This document shows, piece by piece, positions 35,688-43,315 of a stretch of 43,315 bases of DNA. The notes beneath the pieces were generated by a model. It ran no database searches. It was given only the letters and a program-made list of their open reading frames with translations, and had not been told where the DNA came from. Position 1 is the first letter of the stretch. Each line of letters begins with the position of its first letter. Made by a program: the position numbers and the translations under genes. Source of the DNA: Candidatus Desantisbacteria bacterium CG1_02_49_89 (GTDB lineage Bacteria > Desantisbacteria > UBA1551); the NCBI GenBank assembly GCA_001871075.1, contig MNUP01000128.1:1-43315 (forward strand). Reading direction: 5' to 3'.

Positions 35688-36842
35688 TCATAACTCATAA
35701 TTCATAATTAAGTTGTATAGTTCTTCGCCGGGGGTGAGGCCGCAGATATCCTGCAGGACCGCGTCAACTCCCTTTGTTTTAAGCAGAGCCTGCAGGCTCT
35801 GCGCATCCTTATCATCCGGGTTGTCGTAAGAAAGCGCTGCCTTTATGCCTTTCACGAAATTAATGGGTTTCAACCCATATTCGAGCGCGAGTTTAGCCCC
35901 GCCGATAAGCCTGTCCGTGGGCTTCAGCTTCCTTACAGGGTCCTTGCCTACCCTCGCGACCGTATCGCCCAGGGAAACGTTTGCAAACCTTTCCAGCAGA
36001 TCGTTAACGTGAGCCTGGTAATCCGCCGGCGCGAACCCGTGCTTCTTTATGAGCGCCTTGCCCGATTCGTCCATTACAGCTCCCAGCACGATCCCGCGTA
36101 TCTCTTTGTCCTTCACAGCCTCGTAGATATACGTGTATCCTTTTTTGTAGCCGAGGTAAGCGGATATCGCGTGGCCCGCGTTGTGCGTGAAAAGCTTCCT
36201 TTCCTCATACGCGTGGAAATTGTCTATGGGTATCACGCCGGTTATTTTGGGGATCTCGCCCCTGAACCCGGGCCTGTCAACAGGCAGTTCCTTGTACGCT
36301 TCCGCGAGAACAAGCAAAGGATCCTTGCGGGAAAGTTCTTCCGGGATAACAGGCACCATGCGGCTCACAACCGCTTCCACGAAACCAAGCTTCGCCTCAA
36401 CTTCTTTCCTGCCCTGGTCTGAAAGATCGTTAAAGACCATATCTTTAAAGATCTTCCTGACATCCATCAGGTTCTCGCAGATTATTATATTGAGGGGAAC
36501 CTTGTTCCCTTCCGCGAGCCTTTTTTCAAAGCCTTTCGCGATAAGCGGGGCTATGAATTTCAGGACGCCTGCGCCTACAGCGGTGGCAAGAAGGTCAGCC
36601 GAGGCGATCTCCGCGGCCACGGCCGCGGCATCCTTTGAATTCACTGCGCGGACGTTTTTAACCGTTATTTCCTGCGGCTTGTTCCCGACTATCCTCAGCG
36701 CGTACTGCCGCTTTTCGTTGAGCAGGGACAGCACTTCCTCTTTGACATCCACAAACACAGTCTCGTACCCGGACTCAAAGAACAGCTGGCCCATGAAACC
36801 GCGGCCTATGTTGCCTGCGCCGAACTGCACCACCTTTTTCAT
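35688..36842 (-). CDS. mtlD: Mannitol-1-phosphate 5-dehydrogenase family protein
   Basis: QFGAGNIGRGF, TAVG, IIICEN, V.RMVP, RKLFTHNAGH, D...RVG.DP.RKL...DRL. Confidence 0.85.
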   Translation of the reverse strand: MKKVVQFGAGNIGRGFMGQLFFESGYETVFVDVKEEVLSLLNEKRQYALRIVGNKPQEITVKNVRAVNSKDAAAVAAEIASADLLATAVGAGVLKFIAPLIAKGFEKRLAEGNKVPLNIIICENLMDVRKIFKDMVFNDLSDQGRKEVEAKLGFVEAVVSRMVPVIPEELSRKDPLLVLAEAYKELPVDRPGFRGEIPKITGVIPIDNFHAYEERKLFTHNAGHAISAYLGYKKGYTYIYEAVKDKEIRGIVLGAVMDESGKALIKKHGFAPADYQAHVNDLLERFANVSLGDTVARVGKDPVRKLKPTDRLIGGAKLALEYGLKPINFVKGIKAALSYDNPDDKDAQSLQALLKTKGVDAVLQDICGLTPGEELYNLIMNYEL

Positions 36843-38542
36843 TTATTGCCTTTCTTTTCCTTCTGCATTTTCAGGATGTCGCCGAGGGTAAACGTATCTT
36901 TTTCCTGGGTGTTTATGAAAGTGCTAACCTCGGCCTTTTCCTGGTCAACCGTGAATCCTTTCAGGCTGAGTTCCACTTTCTTGTCCTTGGGGCTGACCCC
37001 GATAACCTTAACATCAAGTTCCTGGCCCAGAGAAACAACGTCGGAAGGTTTTTCGATGAATTTCGTGCTCAGCTCGGAAACATGGATAAACCCATCTATC
37101 TCCGCTTCAGCGTCCAGCTGGACTACAACCCCGTAAGTGTCTATTTTGGTGACCTTGCCCTTAACGTGCATCCCCCTCCGGAAATCGTCCCACGGGGAAT
37201 GCTCCAGCTGTTTCATGCCCAGCGCTATTTTCTTCGTTTCCCTGTCCACCCGCAGCACGACAGCATCTATGTCCTTGCCTTTTATGAGCAGCTCGGACGG
37301 ATGCTTCAGTTTCTTTGTCCAGGAAATGTCCTTTATCCTCAAAAGCCCATCAACTCCGTTGTCTATCTTGACGAACGCGCCGTACGAGGTAAGTTTCACC
37401 ACCCTGCCTTTCACTTTCGTGCCCGGAGGGTATTTTTCGCTCGCTATCACCCAGGGATCAGGCAGTATCTGCTTCAGGCCCAGGCCCAGCTTTCTCTCTT
37501 CCTTGTTCAGGGTGAGCACCTGGAACTCAACGGTATCCCCTTCTTTGAATATTTCCGAGGGAGATTTCGCCGCGCGGTCCCACGTGAGATCTTCCAGCCT
37601 TGCAAGCCCCTCGATGCCTTCCTCAAGCTCCACGAATGCGCCGAACGGGGCGATCTTCACGACCTTGCCCTTGATCTTCTGGCCGACAGCGTACTTGCCG
37701 GCAATGCCTTCCCACGGGTCGGGCTTCAGCTGTTTCAGGCCCAGCGCTATCTTCCCGGTCCCCTTGTCGAAATCCAGGACGATCGTCTTGACCTTCTGAC
37801 CGACCGTCACGACTTCCTCGGGTTTTTTCCTGCCCCAGCTGAGATCGTTAAGCCGGACCAGGCCGTCTATGCCGCCTATATCCACAAATGCACCAAACGG
37901 CGCAAGGGTCTTGACCGTGCCCTCGCATATCTCGCCGACCCTCAGCGACATGAAAAGCCTTTCCTTCTGCTTTTCCTTACGCTCCTCAAGCAGCACCCTG
38001 CGGGAAAACACAACGTTGTGCGTTTTCTGGTCGATCTCCAAAACCTTGAGCTCTAAGATCTTACCTATGTATTCCCGGGTGTTGGTAACCTTATCGATGT
38101 CAACCGCGGAAAAAGGAAGGAAACCCCTGATGGCGTCCACCTCGACCGTGAAACCCGCCACCTTGCCGTCATTCGTCTTCCTCTCGGAAATGATCTTTCC
38201 CTCGATAACGCTCTTAGCCTGATAAGCATCCTGGATCTTCTTCCAGCCCTGTATTATAAGGGCTTTTTCGTGGGAGAGCAGAAGCCTTCCGGCTTCGTCC
38301 TCCCTGTTCAGAAAAAGCACCTCGATCTCGTCGCCCGGCTTTACGGCAGCCGCGCCCTTCCTTCCTTTCCTTCTGAACTCCGCCAAGGGAAGGACGCCCT
38401 CTGACTTGAAACCGACGTCCACGATCACTTCCTTGGTATCCACATAGACAACCTTGCCCATTATGATGCTGCCTTCTTTGATTGTCTTGACCCTTCCCAG
38501 AGTCTCCTCGTACTCCCTCTTCATGTCTTCCATCTTTTCCAT
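36839..38542 (-). CDS. rpsA: 30S ribosomal protein S1
   Basis: VDVGFKSEG, six S1 repeats (FGAFV..G.DGL), LGLKQL..DPW; follows ispH and cmk. Confidence 0.93.
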   Translation of the reverse strand: MEKMEDMKREYEETLGRVKTIKEGSIIMGKVVYVDTKEVIVDVGFKSEGVLPLAEFRRKGRKGAAAVKPGDEIEVLFLNREDEAGRLLLSHEKALIIQGWKKIQDAYQAKSVIEGKIISERKTNDGKVAGFTVEVDAIRGFLPFSAVDIDKVTNTREYIGKILELKVLEIDQKTHNVVFSRRVLLEERKEKQKERLFMSLRVGEICEGTVKTLAPFGAFVDIGGIDGLVRLNDLSWGRKKPEEVVTVGQKVKTIVLDFDKGTGKIALGLKQLKPDPWEGIAGKYAVGQKIKGKVVKIAPFGAFVELEEGIEGLARLEDLTWDRAAKSPSEIFKEGDTVEFQVLTLNKEERKLGLGLKQILPDPWVIASEKYPPGTKVKGRVVKLTSYGAFVKIDNGVDGLLRIKDISWTKKLKHPSELLIKGKDIDAVVLRVDRETKKIALGMKQLEHSPWDDFRRGMHVKGKVTKIDTYGVVVQLDAEAEIDGFIHVSELSTKFIEKPSDVVSLGQELDVKVIGVSPKDKKVELSLKGFTVDQEKAEVSTFINTQEKDTFTLGDILKMQKEKKGNK

Positions 38543-38615
38543 TTACCTGTCTTCTAAACCTCCCTGGCCGTAAGGCCGTTTCCGTGCCCGCATTCCAAAA
38601 AGCCTGCCGACAAAA

Positions 38616-39539
38616 TTACGCGCATCCCTCGCAGTGCTGCCGCCGGCAACGCGGGTCACGGATCTTCTCCACCAGCTCCCTTATCGAGACGTCCGGCGTA
38701 GAAGTTCCCGAAACAACGCCAACCCCTGACCGTTGATGCGGACCGCAACCCCTGTCCCCGCGCTTAAGGACTTTCCTTAAAGCGCTGAGGACCCTTGTAC
38801 CGCGCCCAAGCTCGCCTGCCGACTCTATGTGGAAAGCAGGGACCTTTTTCCTGCAGAGTTCGAACAGGCGGCGTGTATTGGCGCTGTTGCGCCCGCCCAC
38901 TACTATCATCGCGCACACCTTTCCCGCCAGATCCACAGCTTCCTTCTGGCGGTCCAGGGTGTGAACGCATAGGGTATTGCAGACTTTGAGTTCGGAGCTC
39001 TTCCCGAGCAGGACCGCCACTATGTCCCTGAACCTGGACAGCGACTCCGTTGTCTGGGCGATCACTCCGATCTTTTTCCTGTAAGGCAGGGATCTGCGAA
39101 GGTCCGCGGCACGGTTCACCACCGTGCCGGCCCTGCCGATCCTGCCGATTATTCCCTTTATTTCCGGGTGGAACTTTTCCCCGACGATAATGACGTGGTA
39201 ATTGTCCGCCGCGAGCCCGGACGCTATCTTCTGGCTCCTCAGCACGTAAGGGCAGGTCGCGTCTAAAATTTTCGCGCCCCTTTTACGGGCCGCTCCGACA
39301 ACCGCGGGCGCAAGCCCGTGGGACGGGATCACGAATATGCCCCTGCCCGCGTAAGCCGCGGATGTTATGACCTTCACGCCCCGTTTTTGAAGGTCCCTTA
39401 CCACCGGGGGGTTATGTATAAGGGGACCAAGCGTGTAAATGGTCTTGCCCGGATTCTCCTTAAGCGCCTTAAGAGTAAGCGAGAGAGCCCTTTTCACCCC
39501 GAAACAAAACCCGATATTTTTTGCTAGTTTTATCCTCAT
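38616..39539 (-). CDS. ispH: 4-hydroxy-3-methylbut-2-enyl diphosphate reductase
   Basis: GFCFGV, LIHN, SHG, DATCP, HPE, AQTT, NTLC, GG.NSANT. Confidence 0.93.
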   Translation of the reverse strand: MRIKLAKNIGFCFGVKRALSLTLKALKENPGKTIYTLGPLIHNPPVVRDLQKRGVKVITSAAYAGRGIFVIPSHGLAPAVVGAARKRGAKILDATCPYVLRSQKIASGLAADNYHVIIVGEKFHPEIKGIIGRIGRAGTVVNRAADLRRSLPYRKKIGVIAQTTESLSRFRDIVAVLLGKSSELKVCNTLCVHTLDRQKEAVDLAGKVCAMIVVGGRNSANTRRLFELCRKKVPAFHIESAGELGRGTRVLSALRKVLKRGDRGCGPHQRSGVGVVSGTSTPDVSIRELVEKIRDPRCRRQHCEGCA

Positions 39540-39583
39540 ATGAATGATTACGGTGATTATTAACTAATGATTACGGTGATTAT

Positions 39584-40228
39584 TTAAGTTTCAGCGAATA
39601 GGGAGCGCATGGCTGACTGGACCTCCGCGGTGATCAGGTCGTAGGTCTGCCTGCATCCGGGCATTTTGAAATATTTTTCAAGTTCCGGGGGCCTGCCGAA
39701 CCTTACGGTAATTTTGCGGGGCAGGATCATCTTTGAGCCTTTGGGCATTACCTTTTCAGAGCCCCTTATTACCGCGGGCACTACCCTGACCTTCGCCATG
39801 TATATGATAAACCCGGTGCCGGATTTTATTTCCTGTATATGGCTGCCGTCGCCCCGGGTGCCTTCAGGGAAGAACAGGACCGGCTCACCCTTTTCCAGGA
39901 ACGATATCGCCAGCCTTATCGCGGTCCTGTCAACAGTGCCGCGGTTGAGCGGAAAGGCGCCGAAAAAAACTATAAGCCACCTGAAAAGAACGTTCCTGAA
40001 GAGCTCTCTCTTCGCCATGTAGCGGAATTCGCGGTGGTACGCTAAACCCATGAGCACAGGGTCCATATTGCTATTATGGTTGGCAGCGAATATGAGCGGC
40101 TCGTTCCGTGGTATGTTTTCACTGCCGATCACATCCATATTGAAATATATCCTGCAGATAATCCTTAAGAAAAAATGCAGGATCGTAAATGAAACCCGCC
40201 TTATGTGCGCCTTCTCGGTTCTTATCAT
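39584..40228 (-). CDS. plsC: 1-acyl-sn-glycerol-3-phosphate acyltransferase
   Basis: NH.S.MDP, MAKRELF, FPEGTR. Confidence 0.9.
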   Translation of the reverse strand: MIRTEKAHIRRVSFTILHFFLRIICRIYFNMDVIGSENIPRNEPLIFAANHNSNMDPVLMGLAYHREFRYMAKRELFRNVLFRWLIVFFGAFPLNRGTVDRTAIRLAISFLEKGEPVLFFPEGTRGDGSHIQEIKSGTGFIIYMAKVRVVPAVIRGSEKVMPKGSKMILPRKITVRFGRPPELEKYFKMPGCRQTYDLITAEVQSAMRSLFAET

Positions 40229-40333
40229 ATAATACCGATTACGGTGATTTTTTTAATGATGATTACGGTGATTATTTTAAATTAATTCCTTGCTGTTGAT
40301 TCATAATTCATAACTCATAATTCATAATTGATT

Positions 40334-40993
40334 TTACTCATGGCTCATGACTGCTTCAAGGAGGCGGCGCGCGACTTCCGCGATCTTCATCCTTGTGGTG
40401 TCTACCAGGACCGCGTCGTCCGCTTTTCTGAGCGGGGCTATCTTCCTTGTGCTGTCCATCCTGTCCCTTTCCAGGGTTTCTCTTAAGACCTTGCCGAAGC
40501 TGTCCGGGAAACCTTTTTTCTTCAGCTCTTTGTGCCTGCGCCTGGCGCGCTCTTTGGGAGAAGCAACCAGGAAAAATTTCCTGTCAGCAGAAGGGAATAC
40601 AACGGTGCCTATATCCCTGCCCTCTGCGACGATCCCGCCTTTCCCGCCCATTTTCCTCTGCAGGACCTTCATCCTCGCCCTGACGCCCGGAACAACGGAT
40701 ACGTAGTGAGTATTCCTGCTCACCTCCGGGTCCCTTATCCTGCCGGACACATCCCTGCCGTCAAGGAATACCTTCCTGTCCCTGAGAGAGATCCTGGTCC
40801 TTGCGGCAAGCAAGGCAAGCGCCCTGCCGCTTTTCATATCGGTTCCCTTTTCCATTGCCTTCAGGGTGAGAGCGCGGTACATTGCGCCCGTGTCCAGGTA
40901 AAGGTAACCGAGTCTTGCGGCAACAAGCTTTGCCGCCGTGCTTTTACCCGAGCCCGCGGGGCCGTCGATAGCGATCACTAGTTTTTTTTGCAT
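40334..40993 (-). CDS. cmk: Cytidylate kinase
   Basis: IAIDGPAGSGKST, DTGAMYR, EGRDIGTVVFP. Confidence 0.95.
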   Translation of the reverse strand: MQKKLVIAIDGPAGSGKSTAAKLVAARLGYLYLDTGAMYRALTLKAMEKGTDMKSGRALALLAARTRISLRDRKVFLDGRDVSGRIRDPEVSRNTHYVSVVPGVRARMKVLQRKMGGKGGIVAEGRDIGTVVFPSADRKFFLVASPKERARRRHKELKKKGFPDSFGKVLRETLERDRMDSTRKIAPLRKADDAVLVDTTRMKIAEVARRLLEAVMSHE

Positions 40994-41177
40994 ATGATTA
41001 CGGTGATTATACTAATTAACCACAGAGGACACAGAGACACAGAGAAATATCTGGCTTTGGCAAATAATTAATAACTACCTTTTTAACCACGAATTTACAC
41101 GAATTTACACGAATTTGCACGAATTTCAACTCTGTAAACTTTATAAACTATATAAACTTTGTAAACTGAATTTTGAT

Positions 41178-42035
41178 TTAGGTCTTAAAGACCGCGTCGC
41201 GGGATCTTTTGGCTGAATCGAGTATCCTGGCCAGAGAAGCGCCGTTACCGCTCTTTATGAGGCCTTCTATCCTGAGTATTTCGGACCTGAATTTCTTAAG
41301 GGCTTTCAGCACGCCCGCGCGGTTGGAAACGAATATGTCCCTCCACATCCCGCCTGAGCTGGAAGCGACCCTTGTCGTATCCCTGAACCCGCCCGCAATG
41401 AACCTTTGCGCGCCTTCCGCGCCCAGGGCTGACCGCACAAGCGCCACGGCAACAAGATGCGGCAGGTGGCTTGTAAGCCCCAGGACTTCGTCGTGTTTTG
41501 CGGGGCTTAACAGCTCCACGCTTGCACCCGCGCTCTCCCACATCCTTTTAACCGCGGCAAGCGCCTTACGGTCTGTTCCGGGAACAGGCGTAAGCACGCA
41601 GACCGTTCCGATAAAAAGGTTTGATCTCGCGTTTGCCACGCCGCCAAGCTGAGAACCGGCAAGCGGGTGACCGCCCACGAAACCAATTCCGTTCGGGAAA
41701 CGCGGTTTTATTTTATCTGCGACAAGGGCCTTTTTGGTGCTGCCCGTATCGGTGATCACGCAGCCCTTTTTCAGGAAAGGCAGGATCCTGCTGACGATCC
41801 CCTGTATAACGCCGACAGGCGCGGCTATCACGATGATATCCGCATCCCTTACGCCGGCCCTGAGATCAGTTGTGCAGCTGTCAACCGCGCCAAGCCTCAC
41901 GGCTTTCCTCAGCCTCGCCCTGTTCCTTCCGACGCCGGTAACCCCGGACGCCGCTTTCTTTTTTCTTAGCGCCATTCCAAGGGAACCGCCGATCAGGCCC
42001 ACCCCGATAATACTTATATTTCCGAGTTTTTTCAT
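41178..42035 (-). CDS. tyrA: Prephenate/arogenate dehydrogenase
   Basis: IIGVGLIGGS, TDTGSTK, GGHPLAG, HD...TSHLPH, GFRDTTRVA; start placed at ATG 42035. Confidence 0.9.
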   Translation of the reverse strand: MKKLGNISIIGVGLIGGSLGMALRKKKAASGVTGVGRNRARLRKAVRLGAVDSCTTDLRAGVRDADIIVIAAPVGVIQGIVSRILPFLKKGCVITDTGSTKKALVADKIKPRFPNGIGFVGGHPLAGSQLGGVANARSNLFIGTVCVLTPVPGTDRKALAAVKRMWESAGASVELLSPAKHDEVLGLTSHLPHLVAVALVRSALGAEGAQRFIAGGFRDTTRVASSSGGMWRDIFVSNRAGVLKALKKFRSEILRIEGLIKSGNGASLARILDSAKRSRDAVFKT

Positions 42036-42379
42036 CTTATTAGCCACAGAGGACACAGAGAGATACTATTTTACCACGAAAGCACGAAAAAATACATTTT
42101 TGGCTTTGACAAATGACTAAAGACTGCCTTTTAACCACGAATTTCCACTAATTCCCACGAATTACAGACTATGTAAACTTGTAAACTCTATAAACTATGT
42201 AAACTGCTCCAAAGACTACCACGGAAGCGCGGAAGGACGGAAACACGGAGTAATCTTTGGCTTAGACCCAGAAACCTTTAATCCATTAAACCTTTAAACA
42301 AATACATAACTACTTCATAACCACGAATTTCCACGAATTTAACTTTTAACTTTTAACTTTCAACTTTCAACTTATTTTA

Positions 42380-43075
42380 TCACGCTCCCCTGCGCTTAAG
42401 GATCGCTTCAGCCAGCGTGAAATCCTCGGGATAGGTGATCTTTATGTTTTCCTCGGAACCCGAGACTATCTTCACCTCGTGCGGCAGTCTTTCAACAACG
42501 CTTGAATCGTCGCTCCCGACAAAACCGTCCTTCCTGGCCTTGTCATACGCCTTTATTATCACGGCGCGCTTGAAACACTGCGGGGTCTGCACGGACCAGA
42601 GTTTTGACCTGTCAATGGTCTGCTCTACGAACATTTTCTTGTTACCCAGCTTTACGGTGTCCTTCACAGGCACGGCCGGCACAGCTGCCCCGCACCTGAC
42701 CGCTTCCTCCATGCACAGGCTCACAAGCCCGGCTGTCGCAAGCGGGCGGACGCTGTCGTGTATCAGGATTATGTCTATGTCCTTCGCGGTCTTCAGCAGC
42801 CCGCTGTAAACCGAGTCCTGCCTGAACCTGCCGCCCGGCACAACCGCCTTCACCTTCCCGTATTTATGCCGCTTGGCGATGCTGCGGCAGAAACCCATCC
42901 TGTCATCCGGCGCCACTATCACCACATCCCTTATGCCCGCGAGGTTCTCAAAAAGCTCAAGCGACCAGCATATCACGGGCTTGCCGCCCAGCATCAGGAA
43001 CTGCTTGTAGGAATCCTTCTCATCGGAAAATCTCTTGCCCTTTCCCGCAGCTACGATTATCGCGCACGCTTTCAT
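42380..43075 (-). CDS. ispD: 2-C-methyl-D-erythritol 4-phosphate cytidylyltransferase
   Basis: IIVAAGKGKR, KQFL, GG.FRQDSV, IHDSVRP, QTPQ.F, NIKITYPED; GGGGGTG RBS before ATG 43075. Confidence 0.93.
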   Translation of the reverse strand: MKACAIIVAAGKGKRFSDEKDSYKQFLMLGGKPVICWSLELFENLAGIRDVVIVAPDDRMGFCRSIAKRHKYGKVKAVVPGGRFRQDSVYSGLLKTAKDIDIILIHDSVRPLATAGLVSLCMEEAVRCGAAVPAVPVKDTVKLGNKKMFVEQTIDRSKLWSVQTPQCFKRAVIIKAYDKARKDGFVGSDDSSVVERLPHEVKIVSGSEENIKITYPEDFTLAEAILKRRGA

Positions 43076-43107
43076 ATCACCCCCAAACAGATCCTGGATC
43101 CTGGATA

Positions 43108-43277
43108 CTAGTGTGGTGTCACATAAATCCCTTGACATTTGATTCTGCTTTGAGTTGTCATTGCGAGCGACCAAAGGGAGCGTGGCAATCTCGATTTTTA
43201 GGTCGAGATTGCTTCGTCGTTAACACTCCTCGCAATGACAGCCCAAATGTAAAGATCTGTTAGAGACACTACACTAG
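43108..43277. mobile_element. CTAG-bounded MITE containing a (T/C)GTC-tagged palindrome; a second tandem copy starts at 43274
   Basis: CTAGTGTGGTGTC...GACACTACACTAG ends; internal GTCATTGCGAG..GCAATCTC..GAGATTGC..CTCGCAATGAC; 43108-43149 is repeated at 43274-43315; right end also at 1712-1745. Confidence 0.7.
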
Positions 43278-43315
43278 TGTGGTGTCACATAAATCCCTTG
43301 ACATTTGATTCTGCT

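Noticed and set aside
26697-38056. Long plus-strand ORFs (26697-27842, 28802-29566, 36181-36891, 37082-38056) and alternate-frame 31316-32389
   Set aside because: Shadow frames of well-supported minus-strand genes, with no recognisable motifs.
40994-41177. aroA remnant between tyrA and cmk
   Set aside because: The spacer is entirely repeat modules with no aroA-like sequence; absence alone is unremarkable.
43076-43174. N-terminal extension of IspD
   Set aside because: It lies in the MITE; the RBS and family start fit ATG 43075. The same logic applies to the ADH (34828), AbrB (16699) and TyrA (42056) extensions.
1-43315. tRNA, rRNA or known riboswitch genes
   Set aside because: None recognised by eye; tRNAscan-SE and cmscan would be needed to exclude them fully.

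Overview
This is a bacterial window in which every convincing gene lies on the minus strand. In transcription order (right to left) it holds four blocks. (1) A housekeeping run: ispD, tyrA, cmk, plsC, ispH, rpsA. (2) A polyol/2-oxoacid cluster: mtlD-like, transaldolase/FSA, Zn-ADH, E1alpha, E1beta, E2, with no E3. (3) A MoxR AAA+/DUF58/BatA-vWA cluster with TPR, PKD/PA14 and CBM-like exported partners; it is interrupted by a Y1 (HUH) transposase with 26-bp terminal inverted repeats and by an AbrB-RelE TA pair, and its BatA gene has an in-frame TAG. (4) An accessory island at about 0.6-9.8 kb: RelE TA, two AlbA_2/Schlafen-ATPase-HTH genes, RhuM-Fic and gene fragments. The most unusual signal is non-coding. 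Almost every intergenic spacer is a nested mosaic of periodic 7-10-mer arrays, GTAG-type REPs and several families of 22-76 nt hairpin elements with covarying stems. Deleting these elements restores the periodicity or REP they interrupt, so they behave as mobile insertions with little or no target duplication. Some insert into themselves (Russian-doll stacks), some target REP motifs, and one sits in-frame inside a CDS. All assignments are by eye; no database searches or folding programs were run.
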